Below, piece after piece: positions 20,765 to 31,913 of a DNA stretch of 64,000 nt (its first letter is position 1; each line of letters opens with the position of its first letter). The stretch is from Dictyostelium discoideum (Eukaryota), in contig CM000154.2 of NCBI GenBank assembly GCA_000004695.1, positions 4,000,001 to 4,064,000 of the forward strand, in the 5' to 3' direction. The notes beneath the pieces are model-generated. The model made no database searches, was not told where the DNA came from, and saw nothing but the letters and a program-made list of their open reading frames with translations. Both the position numbers and the translations under genes were made by a program.

Positions 20765-23700
20765 CTTTTTGTTATTATTATTATTATTTTCATTATTATT
20801 ATCATCATTATTATTACTATTATTATTTGTATTAATAAAATATTCAATTTTAACTTTTGGTAAATGATCAATAACATTTAAAGTTTCTTTAATTTGAGAA
20901 TCTGAAAGACCAATATTAGTTAAAGATAAATGAATTTTATCTCTTGGAATTTTTAACATATCAGAAAGATTTGAGATTTGTTCACCATTTGATAAGATTA
21001 AATTTGAAGAGAGGAAATCAGCAAAATCTTTGTTGATATGAGGTAAAGTCATTAATGAAGAATCATAATCCCAACGACCTTGAACCAACATTTGTAATAA
21101 TCTAATTACTTGGATGGCAGTAGCGAAATAACCATATTCAAAGGAGACATCAATCATAGCTTGAAGAATACGAATACCTTGATCCAAAGCAGACTTTGTA
21201 TCGGTGGTAAAATCTGTGATTGGTAATGGACATCTTTGGAAATGAGCTTGTAATAGCAAATGAACTTTGGTATGAGAATCTTCATAGTTTCCAATTTTAA
21301 TTGGAAGATTTTCATTCAACTCTTGATTTAGAATCTCTTCATTGTGTCTTACTGGGAATTCACTATATTCGGCAGCATCTGATAATACTCTTAGGAGGGT
21401 TTTAATATCACTATCACGTTTAATATTATCAGAGAAGTTTTGAACGGTTTTATAATTCAAATAGTAGAAAGAAGCGATTTTACCCATTGACATTGGTATG
21501 ATTTCATCGTATTCATTGATTTCAATACAACTTGATTGTTCGAGATCGGCCAATGTTGAATCCAAGAGATCAGAGAGATATTGATTTACAGCTTCGACAC
21601 TATTATCCTCGAGACCATAATAAGATGGTGATACAACCAAACGACGGAAAAAGAAAGTATTGACCAAATAATTGATTGCACCTTGTTTTGATTGAATTGT
21701 ACCTGAAACGATCTCGGCATTCAAATGGTCATGTAAAAAGTCTTTGAGATGGCTTTCAACTGGGAATGGATCGTAAAGGAATTTCTTATAGAATTGTTTC
21801 TTTGGTTCATGAACCATTACCATTGCTTTACCTTCTTTATCGAATTGTGGACGACCTGCACGACCAATCATTTGAAGTACATCAGTCAATGGGAAATCGA
21901 CATAACGTTTGGTTTTACCATCGAAATATTCGGTACCTTTAATGATAACTAAATGGGCGGGTAAATTGACACCCCAAGCCAAAGTACTTGTAGAGATTAG
22001 AATTTGAATTTTATTCTCACCAAAGAGTGATTCAACGATTGTACGATCACCATCATTTAAACCAGCATGATGCATACCTATACCAAATGAAAGTGTATGT
22101 CTAAGATGTTGATCTTTAACACGTGCCAATGTTGGTTCAATATCAAAACCCTTTTGAATCCATTGTAATGGATCATTATCAACCACCAAATAAGAGATTA
22201 AATCCAATGCGGTTAAACGAGTTTGACGACGACTGCTTACGAAAATTAAAACTGGTTTCTTTGGTGAATAGGTTGCGATAGCGGCAAATGAAGGTTTATT
22301 CATAGTTTGCATACGTGGACAATAGTTTTTACCTTGGAAACCTTGAATATGAACTTCAATTGGTACTGGACGACAAGATGGTCTAAAATTGAAAAGACCA
22401 ACTCTATCAATACCCATCCACTCTGAAAGATCAATTGCATTTGCCATGGCAGTTGATAAACCTACTACACGAATATTAACACCGGTTTGTTTAGAAATTA
22501 ATTTCATACGACTTACAATTACCTCTAAAATTGGACCACGTAACTCACCAATTAAATGAATTTCATCAATGATTAACAATGATACAGAGGTTACATAGGA
22601 ACGATTCTTCCAATTTCTACTAATACCATCCCATTTCTCTGGTGTTGTTGTAACGATATCAGCATTTTGTAATGCAATCATATTTGGAGTGTAATCACCA
22701 GTTAACTCTACCAATTTCTTACCAAGTTTCTCTTGAAATTTAACCTTCCAATCATTCATTCTTTCACGTACCAATGCCTTCAATGGTGCAATATAAACCA
22801 CTTTCATATGAGGTTCATCTCTAAATACTTTAAACATTGCTAATTCTGCACAAATGGTTTTACCTGAACCAGTTGGTGAACCTAATAAAACATTATTATT
22901 TGTATAATAAAGAGTATGAAAAACTTGAGTTTGAATTGGATTGAAATGAGAGAATTTGAATAATGATTCAAAATCTTTATTTTTCAATGCTTCCTTTGGT
23001 AATGGTTGTAAATCTAATAACTCTGTATTTACGACACGATCTTGTTGTGGTAAAACTAAATGTCTGAATGAAATCTCTCTAATACCTTCGGAACCTAACC
23101 AACGATCGGAAATATAATGTAAAAAGAATTGTGATGGCATTGGATTTGGTAATGGTATGATACAAGTCAAAGTGATTGGTTCAGTTTGATTATAGATCTT
23201 TTTAGTTAACATGAAATATTCACTATGGAAAATGTATTGACTTTCATTATCTTGTACCCAAATCCAAAATGGTTGACTATCACCATGCATCTTGTCATTC
23301 CAACTAAACATTGGTATCAATGTCATATTGATACGAATGATATTTGCAGTGATTGGTTGAACTTGAATTTCAAAATCCAATTGTGGGAATTGTTGTGCAA
23401 TCTTTCTAGTGGTTTTTGCAATCAATTGATTACCCAAAACAAATGACAACTCCCCAATCTCCATATCACAAATTCTTTCAGGTGTCCAATCTCTTTCTTC
23501 AATCTTTCTAATGGTATCAAGTGATAATACTTTTGCTTGACGTAATGGTGATTCGAAATGCCAAAGTTGATGATCAACCATCTTGCAAAGATCTAAAATG
23601 GTCTTACTAACTGTGCACCAACCTTTCTTTAAAGAGATTTCAAAAAGACCTCTTAAAATTCTAGAACTATTTTGAACGGTATAATTTGAATCACTAACTA

Positions 23701-26700
23701 AACTAAAGCCATCAATATTTGCACGTGAAAAGAAAGCTTGAAGTAAACATTTCACTTTGGAATGACTATCCAAAACTGTCAATTCATAATAACATTGGTT
23801 CTCGGCTAATTTATCCAATTCAGTTGATTCCTCTTCACGTAAGGTAATATTTTCAAACTCGGATGAATTTGATAAAATATTTAAAACTTGATCTTGACCC
23901 AATTGATCATTCAACATTTCATTGAAAGTTTCAATCGATGGATGTTTAATATAATAATGTGAGGCGATTCTACCCAATTCTGTCATACCTAAATTTTCAG
24001 ATTGTTCATCGAAACGAGTCATTTTACATTGTTCCAATTTCTTTGCTGCTCTAATGATAATTTCACGTTTAAACTCTTCAAGTTGTGGATCTTTTGAACG
24101 TTGAGAACTTGGTATACCATACACCAATGGATTTTGAAGCATTCTAATGAATAAATAGGTATAACTTAACCAATTGACAGCTTCATTAACATTTGATACT
24201 GTTCCTAAAACAATCTCTGCATTTAAATGATCCTCAAGATTTGTAATGAATTTACTTTCAATTGGCATAGAACTTGACATTAATGAAAGATAATGATCCA
24301 ATTTATCCTTTGAAGTTAAAAGGAAACCTTCACCACTTGTATCGAATTGTGGACGACCAGCACGACCAAAGATTTGCATAACATCTGAAATTCCAAGATC
24401 CATAAAACCACCATTCTTTGCATTGTAAACTTGAGTACCTTTAATGATTACAGTATGAGCAGGTAAATTTACACCCCAAGCCAAGGTTGCTGTACAAACT
24501 AAAACCTTAATGGTACCATTGGCAAAGTATTTCTCAACCACATTTCTATCAGATCTTAGGAGACCAGCGTGATGTACGGAAATACCATGTTGAAATAATG
24601 ATCTAATCTCTTTACTCTTTACTTTTTCAAATTCTTTCTTTGCACCAAATGATGGTTCCTCATTAGAGAAACGGAAATGCTTTTCTTTTGCCATATCACT
24701 TAAAATCTCTGCACTCTTTACAGTATCCTTTCTAGAATGAACAAAGATCATAACTTGATGACCTTCCTTTAATGATTTCTCCAATCTTTCATAACATAAT
24801 TGATTCATATTATTTTTCATAACCATTATACCTTGATTATCTTTAACACCAATGAAATTTTGAGTTAAAGGTACTGGACGATAAGATGAATCGAAAAAGT
24901 GAGTACCTGAAGCTGGTGCTCTAATAAATCTTGCAACATCTTTATAGTTTGGTAATGTTGCTGACAAACCAACGATACGAATCATCTCTTGAGTGGTTTC
25001 AACTTGACGAAGTGTTCTTGCTACAATACACTCCAATACTGGACCTCTCTCTTCATGAAGTAAATGAATTTCATCGATAATGATTAATCTAACCAATTTT
25101 GTCAATGCAACATCACTACTTTTTCTTGTGATAACATCCCATTTCTCTGGTGTTGTAACGATGATTTGAGTCTCTTTAAGTTCCTTTTGAGTCAATTGCA
25201 TATCACCAGTTAACTCTTTTGATACGATACCTAAATATTTCAATGAATTTGAAAATTTCTCAACCATTTCACTTGCTAAAGCTTTCAATGGTGCAATATA
25301 AATGATCTTGAAATTATCTTTATCCAAATAACCATATGGATTGATATTGCTTTCAATCTCGTGTAAAATTGTCAATAAAGCAATATTGGTTTTACCAGCA
25401 CCAGTTGGAGCTGAAATTAAAATATTTTCATTACTCTTGTATGCAGATTCAAATACACGACTTTGAATACGATTTAATTTCTTTATACTACCAAATGCTG
25501 CTCTACTAATCTCTGCAATTGATTCTCCAATCTCTATTAATTTTTCATTATCTGCAAATGGTTTAGCCAATGAATATGGTACCATAACTTCAGTATGTGT
25601 GGTTTTCTCTGTTCTAACTGTACCCTTTGGCAATGCAATCTTACCACCGTATGGTAAATCTATACAAACATCACCACCTGTAAACTCTTTTTGATTATAA
25701 ATAGTTGGTTGTTCAAATGATTGTTGACTATGATCAATAAATTTAATTTGTTCTTCTTGATATTGTTGTTGCTGTTGTTGTTGTTGATCATTTTTATATC
25801 TCTTTTTATCATCTTTTTTTAATTGCTTATCAAAATCTTTTTCATCTTTTGTTTGAATTGAAAAATGATTTAAAGGACCAGAATGATTCGATGCTCTATA
25901 ACCAGATACAACAGAACCCAAAATACTATCACGATACTTTATGATATCTGCAATTAATTCTAAATGATCGAAACCTAATAATCCAATCATATCCTCTTCA
26001 ATTGTTTCTTTTTTATTTTTTAAAAATGACATTATTGTATTATAAATCTCTTCTGATGGTATACCTAAACCAATTGAAATTACACTACATTCCTCTCTTA
26101 ACCATTCAATTGTATAAGTGCTATCAACTACATTATTTGATTCTAAATTATTTGAACCACCAGCTGCTGCTAATTTCTTTAATTTTTTTGATTTTTTAAT
26201 TTGACCAGGTTGATGAATTAAAACCATATCACTTAGAGGTGTATTTATAAGTTTTTCTTTTTCCTTTTCTTTTTGTTCATCAAGATTATTATTAATTTTT
26301 GTATTGATGAAATGATTGATTTCATCGAAAATTGACATTTCATCATTATCTTCAAATTGTAATTGATATTTCGATGGTAATTGCCATTCCATTGATTCGA
26401 AAGAATCAATGGTTTGTACTGATTCATTGGATGCTTTTGAATCTGATTCAAATGGATTCTTAATTTGTAATAAAAGGCCAACTTGTTCACTTAATTTATT
26501 ATACATTGCTACTTTGAAAAATGAATGAAAAATTTGACGTAATGATTCACATTTTGATGCTTTATCTTTATGTGGATTTGCAACAATCATAAATGTTTCA
26601 TAAACTGCTGATGCAATCTCATCTGATGGTATTTCATCATCACCAATCATCTCTAAAACAATCTCTTTAAATTTATTAAAAATTTGTCTATTCTCTTTTT

Positions 26701-27033
26701 CTTTTTCTTTATTTTGTTCTTTTTTTTTTTTAATATAAATATTAAAAGTATTAAAAATTAAAAATTATAAAAAGTTAAAATTTAGTTTATTATTTTTATG
26801 TTTTTATTTATTTAAAAAAAAAACTTACTACTGTCACTAAAATAACTCCAAGTTAATTGACCTTTTTCAATAATTCTATCTTTTTCTTTTTTCTTTTCAT
26901 TTCTTTTTTTCATAATTTCTTTATTACGAGCAACTACTTGTTCATCAAAAGTTTGAGTATTACCATTTGTTAAAGATCTAAGTGTATTACTTATAGTGGG
27001 TTCAAATTTATTCTGATTATCAAATATACCCAT
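20336..27033 (-). CDS. ascc3: ASCC3-type (activating signal cointegrator complex subunit 3) tandem Ski2-like RNA/DNA helicase with two Sec63 units, about 2190 aa. Two exons: 27033..approx 26828 and approx 26708..20336.
   Basis: Cassette 1 (APTGAGKTNIALLTILHEI..KELTGDMQL..TPEKWDVITRKS) matches human ASCC3 rather than BRR2. Cassette 2 carries SPTGSGKTICAELAMFKVF. Exon 1 (MGIFDNQNKFEPTISNTLRSLTNGNTQTFDEQVV..GQLTW) aligns to the human ASCC3 N-terminus (LTGALRSFSNVTKQ..LGLTW) and joins by a GTAAGT..AG intron, phase 1. The track ORF alone (26650) would miss about 90 residues. Confidence 0.85.
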
Positions 27034-27142
27034 TCTTTAATGTTTTTTTTTGTTTTTATTTGTTTTTATTTGTATCTTTTATTTCTATCTCTATTCTTTT
27101 TAAAATATATGATTAAAAGTGAGTAATGTAAAAAAAAAAATG

Positions 27143-27173
<31 letters not shown>

Positions 27174-27179
27174 GGTTTG

Positions 27180-27214
<35 letters not shown>

Positions 27215-27523
27215 AAAAAGTAAAAAATGAAGAAAATGAGATAAATACCAGAAAATGTCCAAAATGGATAAAGTTAAAAAATGAAATAATTTTGTTTAAG
27301 GAAATGAGTTTGGAATGATTATATAATATATATACATCCAAATAATTTATTTATTTAATAATTTTTATTATATTGTTATAGATGAATAAACCTAAACTTC
27401 TTCTTAATTATCTTTTTTTTTAAAAAGTTATAAAAATTTCTTAAAAACCTAAAACTAAATTTAACTTTTTTTTGTTTTTTTTTTTTTTTTTTTTTTTTGT
27501 TTTTTCGACCGTTGAATAATGTT

Positions 27524-28450
27524 TTATTTATGTAATGGAGTTGTAATTTTCTTATCTTTATTTGCTTCATTTATATCTTCATGATAATTTGTAAATTCAT
27601 GATCACCCATCATGCCTTTAATAACTTTATCAGCATTATCTTCATCTCTTAATACTGATTTTTGACCGGCACCAGTGATGCCACCTTTTTTATTACGATT
27701 TTGATATTGAATATTTAAAATCTGTTCCTCTGTTAACTCTAAATCTTTACAACCATACACTTCAACATATTCAATTTTATATTCCGCTTGTGAGGATAAC
27801 ATAGTGTTACCATAGGTGCTTGCTCTTGGTTTACCATCACCATTACTTAATATTTCATCAGATCCTTTACTTTCACCATTTTCCATTAGGTGATCTATAG
27901 AGAATGCATATAAAAGTTCACCACCCATTGCAAAACCGTTGAATAATGTTTTAGAATCTGCATTGAAATATTGAAAACATTGATCTAGGCCTGTGGATCG
28001 GAATATCTCAATCTCAGGCTTCAATGTGAAAACGAAATTATTTTTATTTCCATAGAATTTTGGATACTTAATTTTTAAATTTTCGTCACAAAATCCACCA
28101 AAGATATGACCTTCCTCACCCTCCTCCTTTACAATGACAATAATCGAGCCTTTCTCTGTTGAATGATGTTGAAATCTATTGAATGAATGACCATCCCTTG
28201 ATGATGAAAATAATAATTTCCATGTTTCCCTATATGAATCATCTGGTAAATATCTTGATATCCATCTAATATGTTCATCATTTAATAATTTAGATTTCTC
28301 TGTTAATTCTGGTACTTTAACATAAAATTGATTTTTATTATTATTATTATTTATTTCATTTTTTTCTTGTTGTTCAATATTTGTTTGATTATTATTATTA
28401 TTATTATGATGATGATGATGATGATGATGTTTTGATGAAGATGATCCCAT
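27524..28450 (-). CDS. TLDc-domain protein (MEAK7/OXR1-like) with N-terminal MGSSSSK (N-myristoylation consensus) and a His8 tract.
   Basis: TLDc core LLFSSSRDGHSFNRFQ..HIFGGFCDE..FVFTL..NGFAMGG..YAFSID. Single exon. Confidence 0.75.
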   Translation of the reverse strand: MGSSSSKHHHHHHHHNNNNNNQTNIEQQEKNEINNNNNKNQFYVKVPELTEKSKLLNDEHIRWISRYLPDDSYRETWKLLFSSSRDGHSFNRFQHHSTEKGSIIVIVKEEGEEGHIFGGFCDENLKIKYPKFYGNKNNFVFTLKPEIEIFRSTGLDQCFQYFNADSKTLFNGFAMGGELLYAFSIDHLMENGESKGSDEILSNGDGKPRASTYGNTMLSSQAEYKIEYVEVYGCKDLELTEEQILNIQYQNRNKKGGITGAGQKSVLRDEDNADKVIKGMMGDHEFTNYHEDINEANKDKKITTPLHK

Positions 28451-28813
28451 TTTATTTATTTATTTATATTTTATATATGTATGTGTATATGTAAGTATTA
28501 AGTTTAGTTTTTCTTTTTCTTTTTTTTATGAAAAACAAAATGAGTTTTTTTTTTTTTTTTTTTATTTTTTATTTTTTTTAATATTAAAACATATTTTTTT
28601 TTTTACCAGGGTTATTTTTATTTTTATTTTTATTTTTTTTTTTTTTTTTGTTTTTTTTTGTTTTTTGTTTTTATTTTCTCATTAATATAAGAGATTTAAA
28701 AAATAAATGAAAAATCAATAATAATTTATAGTTATACATGTAAAAAAGTGTTTAGATTTTTATTTTTTTTTTTTTTTTTTTTTTTTGGCCAATTTTTTTT
28801 TTTTTTTTTTTTT

Positions 28814-29317
28814 TTACCAATTTAATAATTCATAACCCATCCAAAACATACTTGTACCAGCAACAATGAATGGTGAAATTGCATCTTTTATTCTACTTGT
28901 TTTATAAATGAAACATTCAGTTACGAAATGTCCACCAGCAATTAAGAATGAAACAAAAGTGCAAGCATATAATGCTTTATTGAATGGATTAAATGCTGTA
29001 GCAACACAAAGTGTAAAACTCATCATTGTCCAACTACCAAATAATCTACAAAATAATGGATTAACTTTTTTTTTAAAAAAAATAAATAAATAAAAATAAA
29101 TTAATAATTTTAGAAAATTAGAAATATTTTTTTTTTTTTTTTTTTTTTTTTTTATTATTTTTTTTTTTATTTGATAATAATAATAATAAGACATACTTGA
29201 TTTTTGATCACCAGAATAAACATTTGATTTAATTCTTGATTGATTAAAGAATGCTTGTGAAGCACCTAACAATCTTAAACTTGCAACAACTAAAAGCCAA
29301 ATTGAAATCTTTTGCAT
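28814..29317 (-). CDS. Small multi-pass membrane protein of about 125 aa. Two exons: 29317..29197 and 29064..28814.
   Basis: GTATGT..AAAAAG intron, phase 1. Hydrophobic segments. Family not recognised. Confidence 0.5.
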   Translation of the reverse strand: MQKISIWLLVVASLRLLGASQAFFNQSRIKSNVYSGDQKSSMSYYYYYQIKKKIIKKKKKKKKNISNFLKLLIYFYLFIFFKKKVNPLFCRLFGSWTMMSFTLCVATAFNPFNKALYACTFVSFLIAGGHFVTECFIYKTSRIKDAISPFIVAGTSMFWMGYELLNW

Positions 29318-29344
29318 TCTTATCCTTTTTGTGAAGCGAAAAAC

Positions 29345-29380
<36 letters not shown>

Positions 29381-29573
29381 AAAAAAAAAAAAAAAAAAAA
29401 GTGATTGGTTGTGAGTGAAAAAAAAAAAAAAAAAAAAAAAATTGAGAGAATTAAATTCCAAGTGATAAATATTTTTTTTTTAAACATTTTTATTTATTTA
29501 TTTATTTTTTTTAAAATTTTTTTTTTTTTTATTATCTTTGTAAATTATTATTTAATTTACTTGTTTATTTTTT

Positions 29574-30716
29574 TTAATTTTCTGCTTGTTGTTTATTTTC
29601 TTCTTGATTTTCTTCAGTTTGTTCAGTTTCTTCTTGAATTTCAACTTTTGGATATTGTTGAGAGGCTAATCTATATTTAAGTGGACGTTTAAGGATAGAA
29701 TTATAATCTCTTTTAACTTTTTCAGGTCTAACTTTATTGATGATGATAGATTTTTCAGAGGTGGATGGAGTACGTAAACTACCATCGATACCTTGAATTA
29801 AAACCATTGGATCAGGGTTAACTTTTTTAGTGAATGGATCTCTAGAGGTATCAACGAAAACTAAATTCTTTTTTCTTGGCATGAGATAGGTTGGACCTCT
29901 GAAATAGATTGGTTGGTCATCGAATGCCTCTGGTATTTTAGTTGGAACTTGGTGAATTGGGTCTGGTTTGCCACGAACGTTCTTTTTATTTTTAACATCT
30001 CTTTGATGGAGATAGTTTTGGTTGATTGAACGAGCATTGGAACCAACACCCTTTTGGAGTGAAAAGTTTTGGTAATCGTTCACCTTTTGGTTGTCATCCT
30101 CACCCAAATCGTCGTCATGGAAACGGCAGCCCCACTGTTCGGCCAAGGCGAGATCGAGTTCCTTGTGCACTGGGAACCCCCTTTCAATCTCTTGTTTTTC
30201 AATCTCTACGAAACGAAGTAACGCAACTACACGACCTGGATGAAGGGTGAAAACTTGTGACAAACGTTTGACGTCCCAAAACGATGGATCGTCATGGTGA
30301 AGTCTGTATAACTCATATTTGATCTCTGGATATAATGGTGGTCTGACATCCATTATCTCATCCTCCAATTCATTTAAATCATCATTAAGTTCTCTATCAA
30401 ACTCTTCCTCTGGTGTCTCTTCTACATAATTTTCATCATCTTCATCTTCATCATATTCTTCATCATCATCTTCATCATATTCTTCATCATCATCTTCATC
30501 CTCTGTGTTTCTTTCTTCAGATGAAGCTTCATTTAATAATTGTTTAGTTGAGCTAAAACTTCTATTTTGTTGAAGTTGTTGTTGATTATATTGTATGATT
30601 TTACTTTTATTATTGCTATTCTTATTAATTAATGTAATTGATGAATTGAAAATTATATTTCCATTGTTTAATGTTCTTTTAACTAAACACATATATTTAT
30701 GACTGTTTCTAATCAT
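29574..30716 (-). CDS. Hypothetical 380-aa protein with a presequence-like N-terminus (probably mitochondrial), an acidic D/E/Y tract and a conserved domain encoded by an anomalously GC-rich segment.
   Basis: ORF track. N-terminus MIRNSHKYMCLVKRTLNNG. Conserved block DPSFWDVKRLSQVFTLHPGRVVALLRFVEIEKQEIERGFPVHKELDLALAEQWGCRFHDDD. Confidence 0.55.
   Translation of the reverse strand: MIRNSHKYMCLVKRTLNNGNIIFNSSITLINKNSNNKSKIIQYNQQQLQQNRSFSSTKQLLNEASSEERNTEDEDDDEEYDEDDDEEYDEDEDDENYVEETPEEEFDRELNDDLNELEDEIMDVRPPLYPEIKYELYRLHHDDPSFWDVKRLSQVFTLHPGRVVALLRFVEIEKQEIERGFPVHKELDLALAEQWGCRFHDDDLGEDDNQKVNDYQNFSLQKGVGSNARSINQNYLHQRDVKNKKNVRGKPDPIHQVPTKIPEAFDDQPIYFRGPTYLMPRKKNLVFVDTSRDPFTKKVNPDPMVLIQGIDGSLRTPSTSEKSIIINKVRPEKVKRDYNSILKRPLKYRLASQQYPKVEIQEETEQTEENQEENKQQAEN
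30020..30330. other. Roughly 300-bp segment of about 50-55% G+C with G/C-ending codons (GGG, GTG, CTC, GCC, CAG, GGC, GAG) embedded in an otherwise 20-25% G+C gene.
   Basis: Direct reading of the minus strand: GGGTTCCCAGTGCACAAGGAACTCGATCTCGCCTTGGCCGAACAGTGGGGCTGCCGTTTCCATGACGACGAT. This codon usage is very atypical for the genome. Confidence 0.7.
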
Positions 30717-31075
30717 CTTTTTTTTTTTTTTTTTCCTAAAAAATATATATATTATATAAATATATTTATATATATATAATTTATTTTGATAAAAAATGAA
30801 AATATATTAAAAAAAAAAGATAAATTTTACAATGAAAATATATTCAATGTTGTCGTTTTTTATAAAAAAAAAAAAAAAAATAAAAATAAAAAATAAAAAA
30901 AAAAAAAAATAAAAATTCATTTTTTTTTTCTTTTTTAAAAAAAAAAAAAAATAAAAAAAAATAATTTCAAAATTATGTTTGTTTATAAAATTATAATTTT
31001 TTTTTTTTTTGATCATTTTTTCAGTGAGAAATATTTAATTAAAGTATTAAAGATAAAAATAAATAAAAATTAAAC

Positions 31076-31107
<32 letters not shown>

Positions 31108-31676
31108 TAATTTTAATTGAAGTAATAATAGAATTTGGAAAAAAAAAAAAAAAAAAAAACCATTTTTAAAATTTTAATTATTAATAATGGGACCGGGGAA
31201 AAAAAAAATTTTTAATTAAAAAAAAAATTAAAAAAAAGGGCAAAACCCCCTTTTTGATATTTTTTTAATTCCTAATTTTTTTACTTTTTATTCCTTTTCC
31301 TTGTATTAATATGTTTTTTTTATAAAAAACCATCTTTTTTTTTTATTTATTACTTCTTCCTGTGCAATAAATAATTAATTTCTTTTTTTATGTATGTATG
31401 TATGTATATGTATGTATGTGTGGGTGTAAACAATTGATATTTTACACATTAAATATAAATCTCCAAAAATTATTACTGTTATATCAATTCTTAAAAAGAG
31501 AGGAAAATAAAAAAATTTCTTTATAAAGTATACTTGATAATAAATTTGATTTCTTGGGGGAATTAAAATTTTTTGATATTTTTTATTTTTTTTTTTTTAT
31601 TTTCGTTTTTAAATTAAAATTAATTTTTTTTTTATTTTATTTTGAGTCACACACAAAAAACACTTTCAATAATTTT

Positions 31677-31766
<90 letters not shown>

Positions 31767-31913
31767 TAATAATTAAATAATTTTTAATTTATCTTCTTTT
31801 TCTTTTTTTCTCTCTCTCTTTTTTTTTTATTTATTTAATTTTATTTCTTTTTAAATATTTTTATATATTTTTTTTTTTTTAAAAAAAAAAATAAAATAAA
31901 AAATAAAATAAAA

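Noticed and set aside
30026-30250. Plus-strand 74-aa ORF (MNEHWNQHPFG...).
   Set aside because: Lies antisense within the GC-rich segment of the 29574-30716 gene. Stop codons are rare there because of the high GC, so an ORF of this size is expected by chance. Flagged only as part of the GC-anomaly finding.
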